From assembly GCA_049968255.1 (NCBI GenBank), contig JBMFRB010000008.1, forward strand, positions 60,279 to 124,278: a stretch of DNA of 64,000 nucleotides, in the 5' to 3' direction. The position numbers and the translations under genes are program-made. The notes under the pieces were generated by a model. That model saw only the letters and a list, made by a program, of their open reading frames with translations, did not search any database and was not told the origin of the DNA. Positions 10,438-20,519 of this stretch are shown here, piece by piece (the stretch's first letter is position 1; every line of letters starts with the position of its first letter). The stretch is from Candidatus Sumerlaeaceae bacterium. Its GTDB lineage: Bacteria > Sumerlaeota > Sumerlaeia > Sumerlaeales > Sumerlaeaceae.

Positions 10438-11196
10438 CTATCGGCGCTTGCGCAAAACCACCGGCGATTCTCCGGGCCGCTGAACAGTCACACTGTCGGG
10501 CGTGATGTCGAGAACGCGGAAGTTCTCGTACACGCCGCCCTTGCGCACACTTAGACCATTCACGATAGCCATAGGACTTTTTGGATCGTAAAGAATTGGA
10601 CCCAGCACGAAACCTTTTGTGTCCTCGGTAGGCAACGGTTGGGGCGAAAAGCGAACTTGTGGCGAACTCGCCGGTGGGGAAAAAATCTCGCGCTCAGCAA
10701 AGTTTGCGCCGCCAGCCCCTGAAGAATTGAGAAGCTCAGTCATTGGCACAGGGGTGGGAAGATCCACAGCAGCGCTCGGCGCAGAGGACACAGCAACAGA
10801 GGCTGGGTTTGCAGGCGACGGCGGCGGAGCAGCTCCTCCAGGCGTAGGTTGAGACATCGAGGTTTTCACACCCGGTTGAACGGACCCAGGGGCAAGTGTG
10901 CCCGAACCGACGACGGCCACCGTGGAAGCACTCGACGCGCCTTGAAGATTGTGCGTCCATTCCTGCAGGCGATGCTGGAGAAACAGAATCACACCAGTGA
11001 TAAGCGCCAGTGTGACCACAGTGGATGCCACGATGCTTGTGATGATCAGTCCAAGCCGCGAACGGTGCTGCACAACCACCTTCGGCACTGTAGCGGCGGG
11101 GCTCGACGGCACGTCGAGCAGCGTCGCCACCTTCGCATCGTTGTTCTGACTGCGCTCACGCCGCGCTTTTTCCAGAGCTTTGAGAATTGTGCTCAT
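10438..11196 (-). CDS. ExeB/GspB-like secretion accessory protein
   Basis: MSTILKALEKARRER N-terminus, single TM, Pro-rich linker, C-terminal ILY..AIVNG domain; directly downstream of exeA. Confidence 0.75.
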   Translation of the reverse strand: MSTILKALEKARRERSQNNDAKVATLLDVPSSPAATVPKVVVQHRSRLGLIITSIVASTVVTLALITGVILFLQHRLQEWTHNLQGASSASTVAVVGSGTLAPGSVQPGVKTSMSQPTPGGAAPPPSPANPASVAVSSAPSAAVDLPTPVPMTELLNSSGAGGANFAEREIFSPPASSPQVRFSPQPLPTEDTKGFVLGPILYDPKSPMAIVNGLSVRKGGVYENFRVLDITPDSVTVQRPGESPVVLRKRR

Positions 11197-11199
11197 CGC

Positions 11200-13059
11200 T
11201 CAATCTCCTGTTGGCGCGAGGTGGGGGCCGTTATCCATCATGCGACTATTGAGCAGCATGGCCGTAAGATCATCAATTTGGCCCGTCTCGCGCAACTTGT
11301 AATAGGCCTGGAATTTTTTGATCGCTTCGGCGGTGTCCACATCGAATTTCCCGCTGGCATGAGCCAGATAGCCGCGCTTGACGAGGAACTCTTGAAGCTG
11401 GCGCACGCGGTCGCTCGATTCGCCGCGCTGGATCGAAGTGAGCTGGTTCACATCCACGAACACAGCACTCGCTGAATCGAAGTATTTGATGAAATCCTTT
11501 GTCTTGTAGGTTTTCACTCCCCAAACAGGATCGCCGACCGTCACGGCCTCGCCTTCAGCACGCAGCAGCACGACATATTCGCTTTGGTCCGGAGCTGGAT
11601 CTTTCATGCGCACGATAAGTGGCACGTTATACTTCACCACGTCGTAAAACGAGCCGGGCAAGCGCAGCTCACGAAGCTTGACGCTATCGGATTGGAGCAC
11701 CCCGTTGACGATTTGGTCATCGCCAAGCTTGGCCAGCTCGCTGAGATCTACGTGGAATCCCCACATCTTGAGAAGACTGAACTGGGCGGCACGCAGCGCG
11801 GCTTTGGGATTATTGACGCGCACCAATGGAACGTTTTTCTCATACTTCCAATGGGGATTTTTCCGCCGCAACGTTTCCCAATCAGGAGTAGGCGTGGGAG
11901 CCACTTTCGTTGCCAGAGGTGTCTGGCTGGCGCTCGTTTCTGTGGCCTCGGCAATGTCGTCCTTCTCCGTATCGGGATTACCGCGTTTTAGTTCGAGCGG
12001 TTGTCCAGGCTTAGGCAGCGCTGACCCCGGTGTTGGGGTAACGCGAGGCTGATAGTCGAGTCCCTCAGAGGCCCGCACATTGGCCAGCTTGATGCCAATG
12101 GCGATAGCGATGGCCATGGTGAGCGTGGCCCCAGCACCAAGGCCAAGCCACAGGGCCAGCTTGCGACCTGCTTTTTTTGCCGTTTCTGGGTTCAGCCGTG
12201 GAAGCGCAAAACTTGACGTGCGCTTTGACGAATCGCTGGCCAGCTCGCCGCCGCGGGTCACTTCGTCGATCGCGCGTTGCATGATGCGCTCATCCACGAC
12301 ACAAGTGGCTTCGGTGTAGCACGCCAGGAGGGCACGGTCGCAAATGACGTTGATGCGGCGCGGAATTCCCCGGCTCACGTTGTAGAGCAGCCGTAAAGCT
12401 TCGGGCGTGAACTCGATGGCAACCGTTGCGCGTGCCACGAAAAGCCGGTGTTGAATGTAAGCCAGGACTTCTGCCTCTGTGAGAGGTGTAAGGTGATAGC
12501 GCACGGCAATGCGCTGGTTGAGCTGTTCGAGCTGACTGTGCGAGAGTGTGTCGCGCAATTCGGGCTGGCCAACAAGCACGATCTGCAGCAGCTTCTCGTT
12601 TTCCGTCTCAAGGTTCGAAAGCATGCGGATTTGCTCGAGAACATCTGGATCGAGATTCTGCGCTTCGTCGATGATAAGGACGACGTTTTTGCCCTTTTGG
12701 TTCTCTTCGATGAGGAAGCGATTCAGCTCGTCAATCAGCCCCTTCTTCGTGTTGTAAAAAGAGGGGATCTGAAACTCATCGTTGATCGTCTTGAGCAGTT
12801 CGATTTCCGAGAGACCTGGGTTGAGAATGAGAGCAAGGCGGACGTCGTTGCTGCGGGTGAGTTCGTTGACAAAAGCTCGGCAGACGGTGGTTTTGCCTGA
12901 ACCAATCTCGCCCGTGAGCAAGATGAAGCCTTTGCGCTCGCGCACGCCATAGGTGAGTGCGGCCAACGCCTCGCGGTGGCGCTCGCTGAGAAAAAGAAAA
13001 CGCGAGTCAGGCGTGAGGTTGAACGGCTCTTCAGCTAAACCGAAATATTTCTTGTACAT
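11200..13059 (-). CDS. exeA: ExeA/GspA-like AAA ATPase with C-terminal peptidoglycan-binding domain
   Basis: MYKKYFGLAEEPF, Walker A GEIGSGKT, Walker B IIDEAQ, LVGQPEL, GIPRRINVICDRAL, TM, PG-binding VRQLQEFL...AIKKFQ. Confidence 0.88.
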   Translation of the reverse strand: MYKKYFGLAEEPFNLTPDSRFLFLSERHREALAALTYGVRERKGFILLTGEIGSGKTTVCRAFVNELTRSNDVRLALILNPGLSEIELLKTINDEFQIPSFYNTKKGLIDELNRFLIEENQKGKNVVLIIDEAQNLDPDVLEQIRMLSNLETENEKLLQIVLVGQPELRDTLSHSQLEQLNQRIAVRYHLTPLTEAEVLAYIQHRLFVARATVAIEFTPEALRLLYNVSRGIPRRINVICDRALLACYTEATCVVDERIMQRAIDEVTRGGELASDSSKRTSSFALPRLNPETAKKAGRKLALWLGLGAGATLTMAIAIAIGIKLANVRASEGLDYQPRVTPTPGSALPKPGQPLELKRGNPDTEKDDIAEATETSASQTPLATKVAPTPTPDWETLRRKNPHWKYEKNVPLVRVNNPKAALRAAQFSLLKMWGFHVDLSELAKLGDDQIVNGVLQSDSVKLRELRLPGSFYDVVKYNVPLIVRMKDPAPDQSEYVVLLRAEGEAVTVGDPVWGVKTYKTKDFIKYFDSASAVFVDVNQLTSIQRGESSDRVRQLQEFLVKRGYLAHASGKFDVDTAEAIKKFQAYYKLRETGQIDDLTAMLLNSRMMDNGPHLAPTGD

Positions 13060-13219
13060 TTGGCTCCTACACGTTTGCGCTTGAACGGGCCGCACACCGC
13101 GCAAGCTCATGCTTTGTGACAACAGCAGCTCGACAAAGTTCACAGCCCGCTTAGCCACGCGCAACAATTTCGTTGCGCCCTTGGCCAATGGGCAAAGTGC
13201 GTGCCAGATGCGCCACTAC

Positions 13220-13501
13220 TCATAAATACTCCACGTGCTCATCAATAACTTCGAAATCTGCCGCCGTTTCCAGATCACGCATGATTTTGCTGAGCAACGA
13301 ATCCACCTGGGCACGGTTCGCGGCCACAGTGACAATGGCCAGAATCGCACTGCGCCAAATGTCGTGATCATCCACTTCTGCCACCGCGCAATTGTAATGG
13401 GTGCGCAGCCTGTGGATTGTTTTGCTCAGCACGCTGCGCTTGTCCTTTAGAGAATTGCTCATCGGAATCAGGAGTCGCACTCGCTGTGAACCGATGACCA
13501 C
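13220..13501 (-). CDS. DUF503 (YlxP-like) protein
   Basis: SLKDKRSV...NCAVAEVDDHDIWR; AAGGAG upstream. Confidence 0.88.
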   Translation of the reverse strand: MVIGSQRVRLLIPMSNSLKDKRSVLSKTIHRLRTHYNCAVAEVDDHDIWRSAILAIVTVAANRAQVDSLLSKIMRDLETAADFEVIDEHVEYL

Positions 13502-13681
13502 TGCCTGTCACTCCTTTGCCTTGCGATCCAACGTTGTGCCGCGAAAAAACCATCGCACAATAGCAAATCACCTCGAGGAGGTTGCGGGCGGTCTTGTCCT
13601 CCAAACCTTACCGATTCAGCGTCCGTTTTCTTTCTCTTGGCAAGGTTTCATGCCGCTCAACTGCTGAGCACCTCCTTCACG

Positions 13682-14578
13682 TCAATATTCTTCCTCGCCA
13701 CGAAGCAGGCGGAATTGAACCACCGCGAAAACCATGACAATAGCAAACAGGATCATCGCCTCCGCGCTGGCCAGGCCGAACTCGCTATTGTCAAAAGCGT
13801 TCTGGTAAATTTCGAACACTAGCGATGTTGATTGATTAGCAGGGCGCCCGCGAGTCATGACGTAAACAGGGGTGAAAATTTTGAACGACTCGATTGTGCT
13901 CATAACGACCAGGAAAAGTGTGGTTGGCTTGAGCAGGGGAAGAATAACAGAGCGCCATTTTTGCCAACGGTTGGCGCCATCAATTTCCGCCGACTCCAGC
14001 AGCTCGGGCGGAATTCGTCCAAGCGCAGCCACATACAAAACGATCCCCGCCCCAGGAGCGTACGGAATGCTGCTCAGGATGATCGTGGCCACAGCCGCCC
14101 ACCGTTCGCTGAACCATGGCACTCCTGGATGACCCAGTGAACGCAGCGCAACGTTGATAAGGCCATTGTGCTCCGTAAACATCCACTGCCACACAATCGC
14201 GATGATGACTGCGCTGATGATGCCTGGCAGATAGAAGGCAGCTTTGAAGAAATTTTGCACACGCACCGGCAGTGGCGAGATCATTCCCGCCACGAGCAAA
14301 GCGATACCAATGTTCACTGGCACGAGAACGATGGTGATGATGGCCGTGTTCGCAAGAGCGATCCAGAAATCCTCCCGGAAGACCGGATCAAAAAGCACCG
14401 TGGCAAAATTCTCAAACCCGACCCAGGGACTGCCAAGAATGCCACGTCCGACCTGATAATCCTTGAATGCAAGAATGACGGCTCCGACGACTGGCACAAC
14501 GACGAAAATGAAAAATAACAAGAGATTGGGGGCTGCAAATGCTAGTCCCCACCATTTTCGCCGAGTTTCGAGGCGCAT
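13682..14578 (-). CDS. Carbohydrate ABC transporter permease (MalF/UgpA type)
   Basis: WVGFENF, EAA-like loop ELLESAEIDGA, LPLLKPT, multiple TM segments. Confidence 0.9.
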   Translation of the reverse strand: MRLETRRKWWGLAFAAPNLLLFFIFVVVPVVGAVILAFKDYQVGRGILGSPWVGFENFATVLFDPVFREDFWIALANTAIITIVLVPVNIGIALLVAGMISPLPVRVQNFFKAAFYLPGIISAVIIAIVWQWMFTEHNGLINVALRSLGHPGVPWFSERWAAVATIILSSIPYAPGAGIVLYVAALGRIPPELLESAEIDGANRWQKWRSVILPLLKPTTLFLVVMSTIESFKIFTPVYVMTRGRPANQSTSLVFEIYQNAFDNSEFGLASAEAMILFAIVMVFAVVQFRLLRGEEEY

Positions 14579-14680
14579 CGGAGCCGCCCCTTTCTTGCAG
14601 GCGTTGGGCAGACAACTTGCCCGCTCATCTTGCAAAGCACGGCTTGCACGCCGGCTGGTGAAATCTGATTGCTCGTCAAC

Positions 14681-14770
14681 TTATTTGCGCTGGTGGCGCA
14701 TGCGCTTGCGAAGCTTTTTGTACTTGTGCTTACGAATTTTTTTTCGGCGCCATTTGATAACGCTACCCAC
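14681..14770 (-). CDS. Small basic ribosomal protein bS22-like (AURKAIP1/COX24 family), 29 aa
   Basis: Hand translation MGSVIKWRRKKIRKHKYKKLRKRMRHQRK*; GTG start with GGAGG 5 nt upstream; resembles actinobacterial bS22 (MGSVIKKRRKRM...). Below the ORF track cutoff. Confidence 0.88.
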   Translation of the reverse strand: MGSVIKWRRKKIRKHKYKKLRKRMRHQRK

Positions 14771-14905
14771 AAAATCCTCCTTCGCTGATTTTCACGGATT
14801 TTTGGTGCAGTGTGCACATACACCACGCAAGCGAAAGTTACTCATGCTCAAGAAAGACAAAGCAGCCTTCCATGCACCGCGGAGGCCCAGTGGAATAGCG
14901 CACGT

Positions 14906-16411
14906 ATGAAATCTGAGTCAATGGGAGAGAGGTCTTTTGTCCCTCGCGAGTCATGGCTCCTGGCCTTAGCCACGCTTGGCGCCTTGGGGGTTAGGCTTTT
15001 CCATCTCGATTACCGAGGAATGTGGACTGACGAGTTCCACACGCTCAATGCAACGCTTTTGCCATGGAAAGATCTCATCACCGAGCGGCTGCGGGCAGGG
15101 CATTTGCCAACCTACTTTCTTTTCATGAAGGTGTGGACACAGCTCTTTGGTACCAGCGATTGGGCATTGCGCCTTCCATCGGCACTCGCCGGGGCACTTA
15201 TTGTGCCCGCGACATACTATTTCGCAAGACCCTGGTTCGCGTCTCGCTTTGTTTGGGTCCTTGTAGCCGTGGCCACCGTGAACGCCACAGGGGTTTGGGC
15301 TTCGCAGGAAGCTCGAATGTACTCAATGCTCCTCGTGGCGGCAACGTTCGCCCACGGAGCATTTCTGCGCGCCGTGGCACGCGATGAGCAGAGGGCGTGG
15401 ATCACATACTGGATCTCTGCATTTATAGCCACCGCACTGCAGCCGGTCATGATTCTCACCGTTGTGGCGCACGGCCTCTTCCTGACAGTGTGCCACGGGC
15501 GCAGGGCTTGGCCGCTTCTGCGCAAATGGCTGGCGGTGCTGATTGTTGTGGTGCCCCTACTGATTGCTGTGGCACTCCTGCAGCAAAAGCGAAGTGTGGA
15601 ATTCGACCCACGGGAATGGCTGAGCGAGACAGGACGCACAATCGGGATTTTTGTGAAACGGCTAGGGCTTGTGGCGTTTGGCGTGTCGGCTGACACCGGA
15701 CGGTGGCGTGCCTTGACCAGCCTGATCCTTTTCCTGTGCTTGGGTTTAGCCTACCTCAGGTGGCGCAAGCATAAGCGTTCTGATCCTGCTTTCAAGGACT
15801 CGCCAGAAGCACTAGCAGTAAAGTTTTCAACGATCGCCGTGGCTTTTCCTGTGCTGGCTCTTTTCATGGGGAGCTTTTTCCTCGAACACATTGCCGGCAA
15901 TGAACGTTATCTGATACCAATTTGCGTGCCGCTGTGGACACTCGCCATTTGGGGATGCTTTGAGGTCCCAACGTCACGTTGGCGCGATGTCGTCGTTGCC
16001 GCTGCCGTCATCATGCTGGCCGTGGGCCTTATCCGGCATTGGCGCGACCGTGGCCTTGGCGGGCGCGAAATTGTGCACTACGTGAACAGCTGCGCCCTGC
16101 CGAGCGACGTGATCGTATGCAGGGCAACGCCAACCATGCGTCTTATGATCGAACACTACAGCCAACGGCCGCTCCAAGTGTGCACTGTACCAGAGCCAAG
16201 CAGAACGCGCGACGTCGACGATGACACAGCCTACCAGACATTGCTGAGCTGCCTTGGGCCGCACACTCAGTTCTGGCTGATCGAGTACCGCGGGAAAGGA
16301 AGCTTCCTGCGCAACATGATCGCCCGACGGCCAAAGGAACTTGAGGTCGTGAGAGAAAAGACAATCGAACAAGCCCGTGCAGCTCTCATCCGCCGACGGT
16401 CACTGCAATGA
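14906..16411 (+). CDS. GT-C fold membrane glycosyltransferase (PMT/ArnT-like)
   Basis: LRLFHLDYRGMWTDE, HLPTYF, ALRLPSAL, SQEARMYS, ERYLI; many TM segments. Confidence 0.85.
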   Translation: MKSESMGERSFVPRESWLLALATLGALGVRLFHLDYRGMWTDEFHTLNATLLPWKDLITERLRAGHLPTYFLFMKVWTQLFGTSDWALRLPSALAGALIVPATYYFARPWFASRFVWVLVAVATVNATGVWASQEARMYSMLLVAATFAHGAFLRAVARDEQRAWITYWISAFIATALQPVMILTVVAHGLFLTVCHGRRAWPLLRKWLAVLIVVVPLLIAVALLQQKRSVEFDPREWLSETGRTIGIFVKRLGLVAFGVSADTGRWRALTSLILFLCLGLAYLRWRKHKRSDPAFKDSPEALAVKFSTIAVAFPVLALFMGSFFLEHIAGNERYLIPICVPLWTLAIWGCFEVPTSRWRDVVVAAAVIMLAVGLIRHWRDRGLGGREIVHYVNSCALPSDVIVCRATPTMRLMIEHYSQRPLQVCTVPEPSRTRDVDDDTAYQTLLSCLGPHTQFWLIEYRGKGSFLRNMIARRPKELEVVREKTIEQARAALIRRRSLQ

Positions 16412-16575
16412 CTCCGTAAGGAACGCTGGACTCTCCGCATGCCAGCTTGCAAGGCCGTTGACGCCTCTTGTGGGGGCTACACGCTTCGTACACGTTTTGC
16501 AGCGTCAGGCTACTGCCGTGAACTTTCTTTTGCAATTCCCAATCTAGCAAATCTTGTGTAGCAAAAGATCTCTCT

Positions 16576-18507
16576 ATGTGTGGAATCGTTGGAAAAGTTT
16601 ATCTGAATCCAGAACGACCGGTTGAGCCCGAGATTATCGAGCGCATGAAGCGCTGCATTGTGCATCGTGGGCCTGACGATCACGGCTCCCACATTTGCCG
16701 CAATGTCGGCTTTGGCTTTCAGCGCCTCTCGATTATTGACCTTGCCACTGGCCATCAGCCGATGACGAACGAGGACGGATCGGTCGTCATCGTTTTCAAC
16801 GGCGAAATTTATAACTTCATCCAGTTGCGTCAACAGCTTTTGTCATGCGGACATAAGTTCCTAACACGTTCCGATACAGAGGTCATTCTTCACGGCTACG
16901 AAGAATGGGGAACAAGCGTGACCACGCGCCTGCGCGGGATGTTTGCTTTCGCCATTTTCGACACAAAAACGCAAACGCTTTTTCTTGCCAGAGACCGAGT
17001 TGGAAAAAAACCGCTCTACTACGCCATCGTCGAGCCAGGGACAGAGCGCGAAGCCTTGATTTTTGCGAGCGAACTGAAGTGTTTGTTGGCCGAGCCTGCG
17101 TTCCGGCGCGACGTGGACCTCGTGGCGCTTGGCCACTACCTGACTTATCAGTATGTCCCGCACCCGTGGTCCATCTTCCAGCAAGCAAAGAAAGTCGAGC
17201 CCGCGTGCTGGGTCCAGTGGAGAAATGGACGCCTGAAACAAGAGCGCTACTGGAATCTTTGTTACGAACCAAAAAACCTGGTGACGCTCAATGATGCGAT
17301 CGAACAAGGCGCACAGCTCATTGACGAGGCAGTCAGGATCCGCCTCATGAGTGAGGTGCCCCTTGGTTGCTTTCTCAGTGGTGGCGTGGACAGCTCGACC
17401 GTCGTTGCGTTCATGCGCCGCCACATCACCGGAAAACTTCGCACCTTTTCCATTGGATTCGAGGAGGAAAAATTTAACGAACTCCCCTATGCGCGTCAAG
17501 TGGCGCAGCAGTTCGAAACCGATCATCAAGAAATGATTGTGAGGCCAGACGCTCTTGAATGCGTGGCACGCTTAGCCTGGCACTTCGACGAGCCATTTGC
17601 CGACTCAAGCGCGATTCCAACCTACTACCTCGCCAAGATGACGCGCCAGTTCGTGACGGTGGCACTCAATGGCGACGGCGGCGACGAAAGCTTTGCTGGT
17701 TACGTCCGTTACCTTGGTTTTCCCGCCCTGCGAGCTTATGAGCGCCTCCCTCGCTGGCTTCGCCAGTTGTGGGCTTGGCCCCTTGCCGTAGCAGCACGCG
17801 TCTTCACATCCTCGGCCAAAATCGAGCTCTGGAACTACGTCAACCGCGTGTCGCTCATGCCGTTTGAGAGCCGTTACGTCCAGATGATGGTCATTTTCCG
17901 CGACTATCAGAAGCAGGAGCTTTTTCTCAAGCGTCACGCACAAAAGCTGCATGGCCCGATTGCAGATTCGGAATTTCTCACCGAGGCAACGATGCTCAAT
18001 GGAACAGCGATCGAGCCCATCGACCGCATGATGTTTGCTGACGTCATGCTCTACCTGCCCGGAGCGCTCCTTCCCAAAGTGGACCGGACAACCATGGGAG
18101 TCTCACTCGAGGGACGTTCACCGTTCTTAGATCATCATCTCATGGAGTGGGCGGCGCGGTTGCCGGCAGATCTCAAGTTTCCGGATGGGAAACTAAAATT
18201 CCTGCTCAAGCAAATTGCCCGCCGATTCTTCACAGATGACTTTCTCAACAGGCCGAAGCAGGGCTTTGGCGTGCCCCTCGGCCTCTGGTTCCAAACGACG
18301 CTGCGCGGATTGCTCGAGGATTTTCTGCTGAGCGAACGAGCACGTCATCGCGGCTTCTTCGAGCCCAGCTATGTCCAGCACATTGTGAATCAACACGTGA
18401 CCGGAGCACAAAATCATGCCCATCGGCTCTGGACTCTTCTGATGTTTGAAGCATGGGCTCGAACGTTTCTCGATAGGCCCGATCCTTTGGCAGGACCACT
18501 TTGGTAG
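16576..18507 (+). CDS. asnB: Asparagine synthase (glutamine-hydrolysing) family amidotransferase
   Basis: MCGIVG, HRGPD, RLSIIDL, NGEIYN, LSGGVDSS, GDGGDE, RPKQGF. Confidence 0.95.
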   Translation: MCGIVGKVYLNPERPVEPEIIERMKRCIVHRGPDDHGSHICRNVGFGFQRLSIIDLATGHQPMTNEDGSVVIVFNGEIYNFIQLRQQLLSCGHKFLTRSDTEVILHGYEEWGTSVTTRLRGMFAFAIFDTKTQTLFLARDRVGKKPLYYAIVEPGTEREALIFASELKCLLAEPAFRRDVDLVALGHYLTYQYVPHPWSIFQQAKKVEPACWVQWRNGRLKQERYWNLCYEPKNLVTLNDAIEQGAQLIDEAVRIRLMSEVPLGCFLSGGVDSSTVVAFMRRHITGKLRTFSIGFEEEKFNELPYARQVAQQFETDHQEMIVRPDALECVARLAWHFDEPFADSSAIPTYYLAKMTRQFVTVALNGDGGDESFAGYVRYLGFPALRAYERLPRWLRQLWAWPLAVAARVFTSSAKIELWNYVNRVSLMPFESRYVQMMVIFRDYQKQELFLKRHAQKLHGPIADSEFLTEATMLNGTAIEPIDRMMFADVMLYLPGALLPKVDRTTMGVSLEGRSPFLDHHLMEWAARLPADLKFPDGKLKFLLKQIARRFFTDDFLNRPKQGFGVPLGLWFQTTLRGLLEDFLLSERARHRGFFEPSYVQHIVNQHVTGAQNHAHRLWTLLMFEAWARTFLDRPDPLAGPLW

Positions 18508-18598
18508 CACCCAAGCTCACATGTCTCAAACGTGCCGCGCGAACAAGTGAGGTAGGCCCACCTTCCACGCGCCACAAGCGGGTGGGCCCGCGGCTGTC

Positions 18599-19015
18599 TC
18601 ATTTGCAGCGACGTTTCAAGGGTTCATTCTTTCGAAATGCCGTGCCATGGAAAAGAGCAATAATGCGTCCCGCAGCGTCGCGGACTTTCACGTCATAATG
18701 CGCAAGCGTGCGGCCACGCGAGACTTCGAGAGCTTCCGCAATGAGTTCTCCTTCCGTAACTGCCCGCACAAAGGAAATGTGAACATCGCTCGCCACGGCA
18801 ACTGTGCCATGCGAGTTTGATGCCGCGGCAAAGGCAAAGTCGGCAAGCGTGAAAATGGCACCGCCCATCACCGTGCCAACAGCGTTGAAATGCTCGGGGC
18901 CCACGCGCATGCGCACGACAGCGCGTCCAGGCTCGAGCTCGACAAGCTCAGCACCAATGCTCGTGGCAAAACGATCGCACGAAAAGTATTTTTTCCAGTC
19001 ATCGAGAGTTTTCAT
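18599..19015 (-). CDS. PaaI-family hotdog thioesterase
   Basis: HFNAVGTVMGGAIFTLADFAFAAASNS. Confidence 0.9.
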   Translation of the reverse strand: MKTLDDWKKYFSCDRFATSIGAELVELEPGRAVVRMRVGPEHFNAVGTVMGGAIFTLADFAFAAASNSHGTVAVASDVHISFVRAVTEGELIAEALEVSRGRTLAHYDVKVRDAAGRIIALFHGTAFRKNEPLKRRCK

Positions 19016-19290
19016 ATTGCCAAAAAAGAGCTTCGAGGACTTGGGGGCAAATGGCAAGCGCTATTGCCAAATGAGCACTCTGCAGCAAGACCACCATCAA
19101 CAGCAGACAAACGTTGCGTTCGGGCCATGCTCAGAAATCTCATTTCGCTCTTGAGTGCATCGCACAGAATCTGTCGCCCACGATCCCAAGACTTCTCTCA
19201 ACACGTCGTTCTGTTTTTCTTTCTTGGCAGTTGGGAACAAACCACTGCAAAGTAGCAGTTTCAAACGTCAGTTCGAGGAGATAAGAAAGA

Positions 19291-20409
19291 ATGGCTCTAC
19301 GCGTGCAGGATGTCGTCGCAGCGCTCGATCGAGTAGCTCCTTTTCGCCTGGCCTATGATTGGGATAACGTAGGGCTGCAGATCGGCGACTCGAAACAGAA
19401 GGTGGAGGCCATTGCTGTCGGATTGGAAGTCACCTCAGAGTTTCTGAAGTTCGCCCAACGACACTGTTGCCAAATGTTACTCGTCCATCACCCACTGATT
19501 TTTTCGCCACTCAAACGATTAGTTCAGGGCACACATGCCGTAGATCTGGCGGTAAACATCATTCGCTTAGAGATGGCACTCGCTGTCGCTCACACGAACT
19601 TAGACCGCGTTGCTTGGGGCACGAATGGCATTCTCGCGGACTTGCTCGGACTTGAGAACAGACGTCCAGTGGAGCCAACCAGCCTTGAGGAGCAATTCAA
19701 ATTCACAGTTTTTGTGCCAATAAACCATGTGAGTCCGCTTATCGAAGCAATTCATCGCGGCGGCGGAGGCTGGATCGGCAAATACTCACATTGCACGTTT
19801 CGCGCAAGCGGCACAGGCACGTACCTTCCGGAAGTTGGTGCAAATCCATATCAAGGTAGCGTGGGGAAACTTGAAGAAGCAGAGGAGGTCCGCCTCGAGG
19901 CCATCGTGCCGAAACGCTCGCTTGGCGCTGTGATTCATGAGGTACTCGCAGTCCACCCCTATGAGGAAGTGGCCTACGATGTCTATCCCCTCGTTGAGAC
20001 AAATCCTCGAGCGGGCCTTGGCGTGATTGGAACATTGCCAAAAGCACTGACGCTCGGAGAACTTGCGAAGAAAGTGGCAAAAGTGTGCGACGCAAACTGC
20101 ACCACGTTAGCGGGTGATCGCAAAATAAAAGTGGAGCGAATCGCCATTGTAACGGGCAGCGCCGGTTCGACGGTGGACACAATCACGCGCGACGTTGCAG
20201 ACGTTGTTGTGACAGGGGAACTGGGCTACCACAAGGCTTGTGAGCTCGTTGAGCGCGGAGTGGCGCTCGTGTGTGCGGGACATGCAGCGACCGAGAAAAT
20301 CGTAGCCCCCGCGCTGGCGAAACTCGTTGCGAACGAGTTGGGAAGCCGAGGAGAGGCTTTGCGCTGGCATGTCTTTCAAGACTACGCCGATCCCTGCGAG
20401 CCGCTGTAG
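19291..20409 (+). CDS. Nif3-like dinuclear metal centre protein (YqfO type with PII-like insert)
   Basis: WDNVGLQIG, HHPLIF, HTNLD, GxIGKYSHC, HPYEEVAYD, GHAATE. Confidence 0.93.
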   Translation: MALRVQDVVAALDRVAPFRLAYDWDNVGLQIGDSKQKVEAIAVGLEVTSEFLKFAQRHCCQMLLVHHPLIFSPLKRLVQGTHAVDLAVNIIRLEMALAVAHTNLDRVAWGTNGILADLLGLENRRPVEPTSLEEQFKFTVFVPINHVSPLIEAIHRGGGGWIGKYSHCTFRASGTGTYLPEVGANPYQGSVGKLEEAEEVRLEAIVPKRSLGAVIHEVLAVHPYEEVAYDVYPLVETNPRAGLGVIGTLPKALTLGELAKKVAKVCDANCTTLAGDRKIKVERIAIVTGSAGSTVDTITRDVADVVVTGELGYHKACELVERGVALVCAGHAATEKIVAPALAKLVANELGSRGEALRWHVFQDYADPCEPL

Positions 20410-20519
20410 CCTTGTGCCGAATTCGAATCTTGCCTTTCCGGCGAAAACCTTGGCGCAATGTCGCTATAGGCACGAACCGAAACACGTGCGAGCCACGAAG
20501 GGAGGATGGCTAAGCATTC

